Shown: positions 56,762 through 64,000 of the stretch, in pieces
Layout of the letters: every line of letters begins with the position of its first letter
How positions within the stretch are numbered: the first letter of the stretch is position 1
DNA from: Candidatus Omnitrophota bacterium
GTDB taxonomy: Bacteria > Omnitrophota > Gorgyraeia > Duberdicusellales > 4484-171
Assembly (NCBI GenBank): GCA_041652815.1
Contig: JBAZGN010000001.1
Span: forward strand, 97,363 to 161,362
Length of the DNA: 64,000 bases
Direction: 5' to 3'
Made by a program: the position numbers and the translations under genes
Notes under the pieces: model-generated
Seen by the model: the letters and a program-made list of their open reading frames with translations, nothing else
Told to the model about the DNA's origin: nothing
Databases searched by the model: none

Positions 56762-57454
56762 TTATTTGTTAATCAAATGCGCGAAGTATCCTGCTCCAAG
56801 CCCGTTGTCTATATTTACGCACACAGACCCAGGCGCACAACTATTAAGCATACCTAAAAGTGCGCTAAGGCCCCGGAAAGACGCTCCATAACCAATGCTT
56901 GTAGGAACTCCGATTATGGGTGATGGGCAAATACCTGAAATTATACTTAACAAAGCTGCTTCCATGCCGGCAACAACGATTAAAACATGTGCCTTTCTTA
57001 TTTTATCCTTGTAAGGTGTAATCCTGTGCACGCCGGCAACGCCTATATCGTAAATCCTTTCCACTTTGTTTCCTAAAATTTCAAGAAACATTGCGGCCTC
57101 TTCAGCAACAGGAATGTCTGAAGTGCCTGCTGTAATTATCAGGCAATTTCCACGATTTGCGTTAATTTCTTTTCCCAAAAAAGCGAGCTGGGAAATTTTA
57201 AAATATTTTAATTTAGGGTAGGATTTTTTTAATATTTTAAATTGAGGTTGCGTGAGGCGCGATATAAAGATTAAATTGGTATATTTTTTAAATTCCTTAA
57301 TGATGCCTTTAAGTTGATTAATAGTTTTACCTGGTGCGTAAATTATTTCCGGCAGACCCTTCCTTCTTTCTCTTTCAATATCAAGCTTAACAAATTCAAG
57401 GTCAATAAATCCTTTGGGTTTCATTAAACAAAGAGGTCTTTGAAAATCGTCCAA
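56762..57454 (-). CDS. larB: Nickel-pincer cofactor biosynthesis protein LarB (PurE-like carboxylase)
   Basis: VVAGMEAALLSIISGICPSPIIGVPTSIGYGASFRGLSALLGMLNSCAPGSVCVNIDNGLGAG. The start may be the internal MKPKGF. Confidence 0.75.
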   Translation of the reverse strand: MDDFQRPLCLMKPKGFIDLEFVKLDIERERRKGLPEIIYAPGKTINQLKGIIKEFKKYTNLIFISRLTQPQFKILKKSYPKLKYFKISQLAFLGKEINANRGNCLIITAGTSDIPVAEEAAMFLEILGNKVERIYDIGVAGVHRITPYKDKIRKAHVLIVVAGMEAALLSIISGICPSPIIGVPTSIGYGASFRGLSALLGMLNSCAPGSVCVNIDNGLGAGYFAHLINK

Positions 57455-57732
57455 AGCAGCGCAACAATTACGGCAGCAGAAACTATATAGAAATCATTGA
57501 AATATAGGAATTCGCGTAAAGCATCCTTAAATTTGTGCTTTTTTTCCGGCAGGTTATATTTATTTTTTATCGTTTCTTTAACTTTAGAAATCTCTTCTTT
57601 TCGAAAACGCAGGAATTCTCCCGCTACTTTAAAACTTGGGAGAAGATTTGCATTTGCCAAATCTATAATCTCTTGTTCGCTTAAACCCAAAATTTTTGAC
57701 ACTTCTCTTGTAGTTAATAATCTTTCTTTCAT
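57424..57732 (-). CDS. Excisionase/MerR-like HTH domain protein with C-terminal TM anchor
   Basis: LTTREVSKILGLSEQEIIDLANANLLPSFKV HTH. C-terminal IVSAAVIVALLWTIF. Confidence 0.5.
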   Translation of the reverse strand: MKERLLTTREVSKILGLSEQEIIDLANANLLPSFKVAGEFLRFRKEEISKVKETIKNKYNLPEKKHKFKDALREFLYFNDFYIVSAAVIVALLWTIFKDLFV

Positions 57733-57740
57733 CTTTAAAA

Positions 57741-57830
57741 GCCTTCAGCTATCAGATGTCAGCCATCAGCTGCCCTTCAAGGGGCACCCCTTGGGGACTG
57801 AGAGCTGAAAGCTGATGTCTGAAAGCTATT
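57741..57830. repeat. cagc-heptad palindrome, second copy of the cagctgcccttcaaggggcaccccttgggg core
   Basis: Matches 878-966. Shorter cagc-type palindromes without the core at 39389-39448, 44164-44229, 45188-45242 and 55538-55578, each just downstream of a stop codon. Confidence 0.6.
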
Positions 57831-57833
57831 TTT

Positions 57834-58325
57834 TCAACGGTGCTGTGTAATCCAATCTTCTACGTTCCTGCGGTCAAAGAATAAATTTTCTCCTTCTTTT
57901 TCAACAGGAATTTTACCCTTTCCAACCCATTCCATAATTTTTTCTTCTTCTATAGAGAGGTAATCTGAAAGCTCTGACAGCGATAATCTACTTTGAGGCA
58001 TTTTACACTTTCCATTAAAAACAGCGCCCTCCTCCATAACTATTTTAGGTGCTTCAATATCTCCGGTAAACTGAGCTGTACCGGTTAGAGTAACCATCCG
58101 GCTTGCGATAATCTTTCCGCTGATACGACCGCCTAAAACCATATCTTCTCCAATAATATCTGCGTTTACTATAGCAGCTTCACCAACCATGAGGTTACCT
58201 TTTGTGTTTAATGTTCCTTCGAATTTACCATTTATTCGCAAATTAACGGGTTCGGAAAAAACCAGGCTTCCTTGCATTGTAGCATTTATATCCAGTACTT
58301 TTTCATCTTCTTTTTTTCTAAGCAT
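57834..58325 (-). CDS. Bactofilin-domain protein with C-terminal HTH (excisionase-like) extension
   Basis: Bactofilin beta-helix repeats (LVFSEPVNLRINGKFEGTLNTKGNLMVGEAAIVNADIIGEDMVLGGRISGKI…), then LSIEEEKIMEWVGKGKIPVEKEGENLFFDRRNVEDWI. Confidence 0.55.
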   Translation of the reverse strand: MLRKKEDEKVLDINATMQGSLVFSEPVNLRINGKFEGTLNTKGNLMVGEAAIVNADIIGEDMVLGGRISGKIIASRMVTLTGTAQFTGDIEAPKIVMEEGAVFNGKCKMPQSRLSLSELSDYLSIEEEKIMEWVGKGKIPVEKEGENLFFDRRNVEDWITQHR

Positions 58326-58390
58326 TCAAATCACCTCCCTCAATAAAAACCTTAAATTCTAAATTTTTTTTAGAATTTAGGGTTTCGGGT

Positions 58391-58858
58391 TTAGGATTTA
58401 TCGGTTTTTTCTGTCACTTCTAATTTTTTCTCTATGTGTTTTAAAAAAGCAAGCGTCGCGAAAGTAACTATGGTAGCGACTACTGCCGCGCTCGTAAAGC
58501 CACAGCCAACCGCAAGGCCTATTGCTGAGCTAACCCAGATACTTGCTGCAGTCGTAAGCCCTTTTACGCCCTCGGCGCTAGCCATTATCGTACCCGCACC
58601 AAGAAAACCTATGCCGGTAACTACACCAGCGGCAATGCGTGAAGGGTCTACGGGAACTTTTCCCTGATACATTTCAAACACATATAACGAAACAAGCATG
58701 ATTAAGCTTGAGCCGGTGCAAACCAAAATATGCGTACGTAGCCCGGCATTTCGGCCTTTCTTTTCCCTTTCAAGGCCTATAAGGCCTCCAAGCAAAGCCG
58801 CCAAAACTATACGTATAATCGTTATTTTTAAATCTAACATTTTAATTCGCCTGCGCAT
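58391..58858 (-). CDS. MgtC/SapB family membrane protein
   Basis: IVLAALLGGLIGLEREKKGRNAGLRTHILVCTGSSLIMLVS. Confidence 0.75.
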   Translation of the reverse strand: MRRRIKMLDLKITIIRIVLAALLGGLIGLEREKKGRNAGLRTHILVCTGSSLIMLVSLYVFEMYQGKVPVDPSRIAAGVVTGIGFLGAGTIMASAEGVKGLTTAASIWVSSAIGLAVGCGFTSAAVVATIVTFATLAFLKHIEKKLEVTEKTDKS

Positions 58859-59831
58859 CCAACATTAAACCGCTTGTTTTACCTTTTTTATTATACAAGT
58901 AAAAACCCAATCCTGCAACTATTGCAGCGTTATCTGCAGTATAGCCTATTGGAGGGATTAAAAATCTTATCCCCTGGTTTTCGCTCTCTTTAAGCCGTTT
59001 TCGCAAATAACTATTTGCCATAACCCCGCCGCCGCAGGCAACGACCTTTAATTTGTACTGCGCTTGGGCCTCTAAAATTGCTGATACTATCGCTTCTATG
59101 CTTGCACCCTGGAAAGAAGAAAGCAGTTTTATCTTAGTATTTTTATCAAGCAAGTTATTTTTTTCAAATTCCATTTTTTTATATATTAAAGCGGTCTTAA
59201 TGCCGCTAAAACTTAAATTTAGCCTGTTTCTCCCGCATTTAAATTTAAAATAATCTTTATAGCGCGCATCAAAAAGTTTATCAATAGCAGGGCCACCCGG
59301 ATAGCCAAGAGAGTATGCCTTTGCAATCTTATCAAAAACTTCTCCGCAGGCATCATCCTGTGTTTGGCCGATAAGTTTTATCTTGTCAAAATCCTTAACG
59401 TAATAGATTTCGCTGTGGCCTCCGGAAACAACGAGCCCTAATAATGGAAATTTCAATTTTTCTTCGTTATTTAGGAAAGGCGCGAAAATATGCGCATGAA
59501 GGTGGTTAACTCCGATAAAGGGTTTTTTAAGAGAGTAGCTTAGAGCTTTTGCAAAATTGACACCAACAACCAGTGAACCTATAAGCCCGGGCTTATAGGT
59601 TGCAGCAACCAGCTCAATCTTTCCTAAAGAAATCCCTGCTGTGGCAAGTGCACCCAGAAGAACCTTATCTATACTTTTGAGATGCGCGCGGGTTGCAATC
59701 TCAGGAACTACTCCTCCATACTTTCTATGTTCTTTTAAAGAAGAAATAGTGACATTTGAAAGGACTTTATAATCTTTCAAAATTGCGCAGGAAGTTTCAT
59801 CGCAAGACGTTTCTATGCCGAGTGTATACAT
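58842..59831 (-). CDS. tsaD: tRNA N6-adenosine threonylcarbamoyltransferase
   Basis: MYTLGIETSCDETSCAIL...GVNHLHAHI...SGGVMANSYLRKRL. Confidence 0.9.
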   Translation of the reverse strand: MYTLGIETSCDETSCAILKDYKVLSNVTISSLKEHRKYGGVVPEIATRAHLKSIDKVLLGALATAGISLGKIELVAATYKPGLIGSLVVGVNFAKALSYSLKKPFIGVNHLHAHIFAPFLNNEEKLKFPLLGLVVSGGHSEIYYVKDFDKIKLIGQTQDDACGEVFDKIAKAYSLGYPGGPAIDKLFDARYKDYFKFKCGRNRLNLSFSGIKTALIYKKMEFEKNNLLDKNTKIKLLSSFQGASIEAIVSAILEAQAQYKLKVVACGGGVMANSYLRKRLKESENQGIRFLIPPIGYTADNAAIVAGLGFYLYNKKGKTSGLMLDAQAN

Positions 59832-59966
59832 ATATTAATAGCAAGGAAGGTTTATTAAACAATAAATTTCTACAAATTTCGCGAAGCTAATTTCTATCAA
59901 TTTCGATTTGAAATTTGTAGAGATTCATAGAAATCAAGAAATTTATTGTTTCTTTCTCTCTACTTT

Positions 59967-61190
59967 CTACTTTTCTAAAACGAGCATGCCTTTTAGAAAA
60001 TCTGCGGCTCTGACTATAAGATAATCCTTTTTATAATCGAATTCTGTTTTGGTTTCCAATTTTTCAAAAACATCTTCTTTTCTATCGGTACCCACATCAT
60101 TGACAACAACTATATCGGGTGTTACACCCTTTTCGTGTATACTTGTACCTAGCGGCGTATAATATCTTGAAGTAGTAAGCCTAAGGGCCGAACCGTCAGA
60201 AAGAGGGATTATCGTTTGCACCGAGCCCTTCCCAAAACTGGTTTCTCCCATAACAACAGCTTTTTTATTGTCGCGAAGCGCTGAAGCAAGAATTTCACTT
60301 GCGGAAGCACTTCCTTTATTTACCAAAACTACTATCGGCAAAGCGCTGTATTTTTCCCTTAGCGCAACCGACTTATATACATTTTCTTTTTCTGTCCTTG
60401 ATTTTGTAGAAACAACGACCTTGTCAGTTTCCAGAAACCTGCTCGTTACATCAATCGCCGATTCAAGCAGGCCTCCGGGATTATTCCTGACGTCTATCAC
60501 TATTGCCTTAAGCCCTTTCTTGTTTAATTCCTGTAAAGCTCGATCCAGGTCTCTTGCGGTATTTTCCCTGAATTCCGCTATCCTTACATAACCTATACCA
60601 TCCTCGAGTATTTCGGCGTGCTTGATATCCTTTATTTTTATTATTGCCCGCACCAGCGTAACATCCTCAAGCTTTTTGTCTTTTTCTTTAAGTACAGTAA
60701 GAGTGACTTTTGTGCCAGGGTCTCCTCTTAGTTTTTTTACGGCTTCGGTTATTGTAATTCCTTTTGTTACCTTTCCATCTATCTTAACAATTATGTCTCC
60801 GGGCTTAAGGCCTGCAGTCCAGGCAGGGGTATCTTCCATGGGAGAAACTACCGTAAGCAATGTGTCACGTATGGTAATTTCAACACCCAAACCTCCGAAT
60901 TTGCCTTCCGTATCTACCAGTAATTCCCGGTATTCATCCGGACTTAAGAATTCGCTATAGGAATCGAGAGAAGCAAGCAGACCGTCCAAAGCCCCGTAAA
61001 TTAAATCGTGCGGCGGTTTTTCCTCTACATATTTTTTTTCAATTACAGCCAGAGCTTCAGCGAATACATCCAGCTCTTTGTAGAAATTGTCTTCGCGTTC
61101 TTTGGCAATTGAAACTTTGTTATAATAAGAAAAAATACCTACACATATAAGTGCGGTTATTATTACACCTAACAAAAATCTTTTTCGCAT
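59967..61190 (-). CDS. ctpA: Carboxy-terminal processing protease (S41) with PDZ domain
   Basis: PDZ (GLKPGDIIVKIDG) plus S41 catalytic GSASASEILA...K. Confidence 0.85.
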   Translation of the reverse strand: MRKRFLLGVIITALICVGIFSYYNKVSIAKEREDNFYKELDVFAEALAVIEKKYVEEKPPHDLIYGALDGLLASLDSYSEFLSPDEYRELLVDTEGKFGGLGVEITIRDTLLTVVSPMEDTPAWTAGLKPGDIIVKIDGKVTKGITITEAVKKLRGDPGTKVTLTVLKEKDKKLEDVTLVRAIIKIKDIKHAEILEDGIGYVRIAEFRENTARDLDRALQELNKKGLKAIVIDVRNNPGGLLESAIDVTSRFLETDKVVVSTKSRTEKENVYKSVALREKYSALPIVVLVNKGSASASEILASALRDNKKAVVMGETSFGKGSVQTIIPLSDGSALRLTTSRYYTPLGTSIHEKGVTPDIVVVNDVGTDRKEDVFEKLETKTEFDYKKDYLIVRAADFLKGMLVLEK

Positions 61191-61199
61191 ATTTTTCCC

Positions 61200-61338
61200 T
61201 CCTTTAATAAAATCCTAAACACTAAACTCGAAACACTAAACAAACTACAAACACGAAACTACAAACTCGAAACGTTTAGGGTTTGTAATTTATAGCTTCG
61301 AGTTTGTTTAGAGTTTAGGATTTCGGGTTTAGAGTTTA
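61200..61338. repeat. About 135-nt imperfect palindrome built from aaac(t/a)(a/c) units
   Basis: aaatcctaaacactaaactcgaaacactaaacaaactacaaac... with its complement gtttaggg...gtttgtttagagtttaggattt. Lies directly after the gatB stop. Confidence 0.65.
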
Positions 61339-62754
61339 TCATTTAATTGCTTTTTCAAGCAGCTCCTTGACCACTTTTGGGTTAGCTTTGCCTTTGGTCT
61401 TTTTCATCACACTGCCGACAAGAAACATTATCGCCTGTTCTTTTCCGTCCATATATTCTTTTACGGCTTTCTGGTTTTCTTTTATTGCTTCTTCAACAAG
61501 CCCTTTTAACTCAGATTCGTTGGATACCTGGGAAAGCCCTTCTTTTTTAATAATTTCATCTATGTCATTATTATTATTGATGCTAAGAACAAGGACTTTT
61601 TTGGCTGCTAAATTATTCAGGAGCCCGGTAGAAAAATACTTCACAATCTTTGAAAAATTTTGCGCGCTCAATTTCACCGATTGAAACCTGTCAGGAAACG
61701 TATTTACCTGCTCCAAAAATGGCCCAATAATAAAATTACATATTTTTTTAGGCTCATTAAATTCTTTTACTGCCTCTTCGAAATAATCCGCAATAAATTT
61801 CTCTGATATCAGCACATCCGTATCAGACTCCTGTAGCTTGTATATATCAAGAAACCTTTTATATCTATCATGCGGAAGTTCTTTTACAAATGGTTTTTCT
61901 TTTTCCATGAATTCTTCCTCAACCAAAAAATCCAAAAGGTCGGGCTCTGGGAAATAACGGTAATCGTGGGCTTCTTCCTTGCTACGCATTACTTCGGTTC
62001 TTTGTATGTCTCCATCCCAAAGCCGGGTTTCCTGAAAAATCTTTCCGCCTTCGCCAAGAACTTTAGATTGCCTGGCTATCTCGTATTCTAACGCATCCCT
62101 TACCCCTTTAAAAGTATTCATATTTTTTAATTCAACCTTAACCCCAAGCGCTGAGGCGCCTTTATTCTTCAATGATACGTTAGCGTCGCAACGCAGGCTT
62201 CCTTTTTCCATGTTGCATTCAGAAGCGCCTATGTATTGAAGAGCTAATTTAAGACAGGTAAGATAGCCAAAGGCTTCTTGGGGGCTGGTTATGTCCGGGT
62301 TTGAAACTATTTCTAAAAGAGGCGTGCCGGTTCTGTTTAAGTCAACCAGAGAATAATTTTCTTTATGGATAAGTTTTCCAGCATCTTCCTCAAGGTGAAC
62401 CCGGGTTATGCCGATTGTCTTTCCTGTCCGTAAACTAAGCTCGCCATTTTCCCCCAAAGGCATTTTATACTGGGATATCTGGTAATTTTTGGGTAAATCA
62501 GGATAAAAATAATTTTTTCTCTCAAAATATATTTTTTTATTTATTTTACACTTTAAAGCAAGCGCTACCCTTATGGCAAGCTCGAGAGCGCGCTTGTTAA
62601 AAACAGGAAGCACCCCAGGATAGCCGCAACAAACAGGGCAAATATTAGTATTCGGCGGATTTTCAAACTTCGTAGAGCACGAGCAGAAAATCTTAGAAAG
62701 AGTGTTAAGCTGTACGTGAACCTCCAAGCCTATTACTGTGTCGAATTCCTGCAT
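61339..62754 (-). CDS. gatB: Asp-tRNA(Asn)/Glu-tRNA(Gln) amidotransferase subunit B
   Basis: Full-length GatB (…GLEVHVQLNT…CPVCCGYPG…). Confidence 0.9.
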   Translation of the reverse strand: MQEFDTVIGLEVHVQLNTLSKIFCSCSTKFENPPNTNICPVCCGYPGVLPVFNKRALELAIRVALALKCKINKKIYFERKNYFYPDLPKNYQISQYKMPLGENGELSLRTGKTIGITRVHLEEDAGKLIHKENYSLVDLNRTGTPLLEIVSNPDITSPQEAFGYLTCLKLALQYIGASECNMEKGSLRCDANVSLKNKGASALGVKVELKNMNTFKGVRDALEYEIARQSKVLGEGGKIFQETRLWDGDIQRTEVMRSKEEAHDYRYFPEPDLLDFLVEEEFMEKEKPFVKELPHDRYKRFLDIYKLQESDTDVLISEKFIADYFEEAVKEFNEPKKICNFIIGPFLEQVNTFPDRFQSVKLSAQNFSKIVKYFSTGLLNNLAAKKVLVLSINNNNDIDEIIKKEGLSQVSNESELKGLVEEAIKENQKAVKEYMDGKEQAIMFLVGSVMKKTKGKANPKVVKELLEKAIK

Positions 62755-62759
62755 AGTTT

Positions 62760-62857
62760 TTCTTTTTAGGTTACGAAGGTTACGGATGTTACGAAAGTTA
62801 CGGATGTTACATTAAAACATCGTGATTTATTGTAACCTTCGTAACGTTCGTAACCTT
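62760..62857. repeat. Palindrome built from gttacg(a/g)a(a/g)g units
   Basis: ggttacgaaggttacggatgttacgaaagttacggatgttac...gtaaccttcgtaacgttcgtaacc. Lies directly after the gatA stop. Confidence 0.65.
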
Positions 62858-64000
62858 TTATTTCAAATCAGGTATTCTTTTATGATAATCAGTTACACAC
62901 TGGTAACTGTAACCGGCTCTAATAAGTGTTTCTTCATCGAAATCTTTCGCAATAAGTTGCGCCCCAATAGGTAAATTATTCTTGGTTGAGCCACAGGGGA
63001 AAGAAACCGCCGGAAGCCCGGCAAGATTTACGGATATGGTATAAATATCGGAAAGATACATACTTAAAGGGTCGGTGGATTTTTCTCCCATCTTAAAAGC
63101 AGGCGTGGGAGAGGTCGGCGTAAGTATTACATCTACTTTTTTAAAAGCTTCATCAAAATCTTTTTTAATTAGCTTACGCACTTTTAATGCCCTTACATAA
63201 TAGGCGTCATAATATCCGCTGGAAAGGCTATAAGTGCCAAGAAAAATTCTTCGCTTTGACTCATCGCCAAAACCTACGCCGCGGGTTTTTTTGTAAACAT
63301 CCAAAAGCCCGGAAGCTGGTTCTCTTAAACCATACTTAATGCCGTCGAATCTTTGCAAATTAGAGCTGGCCTCAGAAGAGCCTATAATATAGTAAGTAGC
63401 TACTGCATATTCGGTGTGAGGCAAATCAATATCTATTATTGTCGCACCCTTCTCTTTTAAAATCCTGCCCACTTCTAAAATCGCGCTTTTTATTTCTTCG
63501 TCAATTCCTTTAGCAAAATACTGGCGAGGCATACCTACTTTAAGCCCTTTTATATCCTCTACCAATGATTTTGAAAAATCTTTCTTCTCAATTGGCGCAG
63601 AAGTAGAATCATGTTCATCAAAGCCGCAGATTATGTTAAGAAGATGGGCGCAATCGACAAAATTTGTGGTAAGCGGGCCTATCTGGTCCAGGCTTGAACC
63701 AAAAGCTATCAAACCATACCTTGAAACCCTGCCGTAGCTTGGTTTAAACCCTACGATACCGCAAAAAGAGGCTGGCTGGCGTATAGAACCCCCCGTATCA
63801 GAGCCTAGAGCAAAAGGTATAAGCCGCGCTGCAACTGCTGCTGCAGAGCCTCCGCTTGAGCCTCCTGGCACCCTTTGTATATCCCAGGGGTTTTTTGCCG
63901 GGCCATAACAGGAATTCTCTGTAGATGAACCAAAGGCAAATTCATCCATGTTGGTTGTCCCGATAATCTTAAGGCCTGCGTCTTTTAATCTCTTTATTAC
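62858..64000 (-). CDS. gatA: Glutamyl-tRNA(Gln) amidotransferase subunit A, 5' end beyond window
   Basis: Amidase signature [13 protein letters not shown]. The frame stays open to the window edge. Confidence 0.85.
   Translation of the reverse strand, partial: VIKRLKDAGLKIIGTTNMDEFAFGSSTENSCYGPAKNPWDIQRVPGGSSGGSAAAVAARLIPFALGSDTGGSIRQPASFCGIVGFKPSYGRVSRYGLIAFGSSLDQIGPLTTNFVDCAHLLNIICGFDEHDSTSAPIEKKDFSKSLVEDIKGLKVGMPRQYFAKGIDEEIKSAILEVGRILKEKGATIIDIDLPHTEYAVATYYIIGSSEASSNLQRFDGIKYGLREPASGLLDVYKKTRGVGFGDESKRRIFLGTYSLSSGYYDAYYVRALKVRKLIKKDFDEAFKKVDVILTPTSPTPAFKMGEKSTDPLSMYLSDIYTISVNLAGLPAVSFPCGSTKNNLPIGAQLIAKDFDEETLIRAGYSYQCVTDYHKRIPDLK

Overview
AT-rich bacterial chromosomal segment, probably from an uncultivated Gram-negative lineage. 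It carries about 75 genes, almost all on the minus strand. The plus-strand exceptions are an ispH / glycoside-phosphorylase-like / AsmA operon and an HU gene.

Gene content: a 3'-truncated mlaE translationally coupled to a STAS/anti-sigma-kinase partner-switching pair; an hcp-rrf2 nitrosative-stress module; rubrerythrin and a cyclophilin; a TonB-dependent receptor; a ThiI-like PP-loop enzyme; two radical SAM enzymes (one B12-binding) plus rlmN; an rsmB/F-like methylase and tsaD; accA; a LysM L,D-transpeptidase; larB-larC; a bactofilin with a C-terminal HTH; gatB and a partial gatA.

A ~22 kb type IV pilus / T2SS-like locus holds exeA-gspB-like genes, the secretin pilQ, pilP/O/N/M, two pilins, pilC, two tandem PilB/GspE-type ATPases, minor pilins pilV/W/X-like and comM. 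It is interleaved with c-di-GMP parts: a stand-alone MshEN-motif protein, a degenerate GGDEF protein, a CheY receiver, PadR and a PilZ protein. There is one tRNA-Met(CAU) with an adjacent truncated copy.

The most unusual sequence-level signal is that nearly every stop codon is followed within 0-20 nt by a long imperfect palindrome built from short word-like tandem units. Several of these belong to dispersed MITE/REP-like families, and two appear as in-frame insertions inside CDSs. No rRNA, CRISPR array, integrase or transposase was seen.
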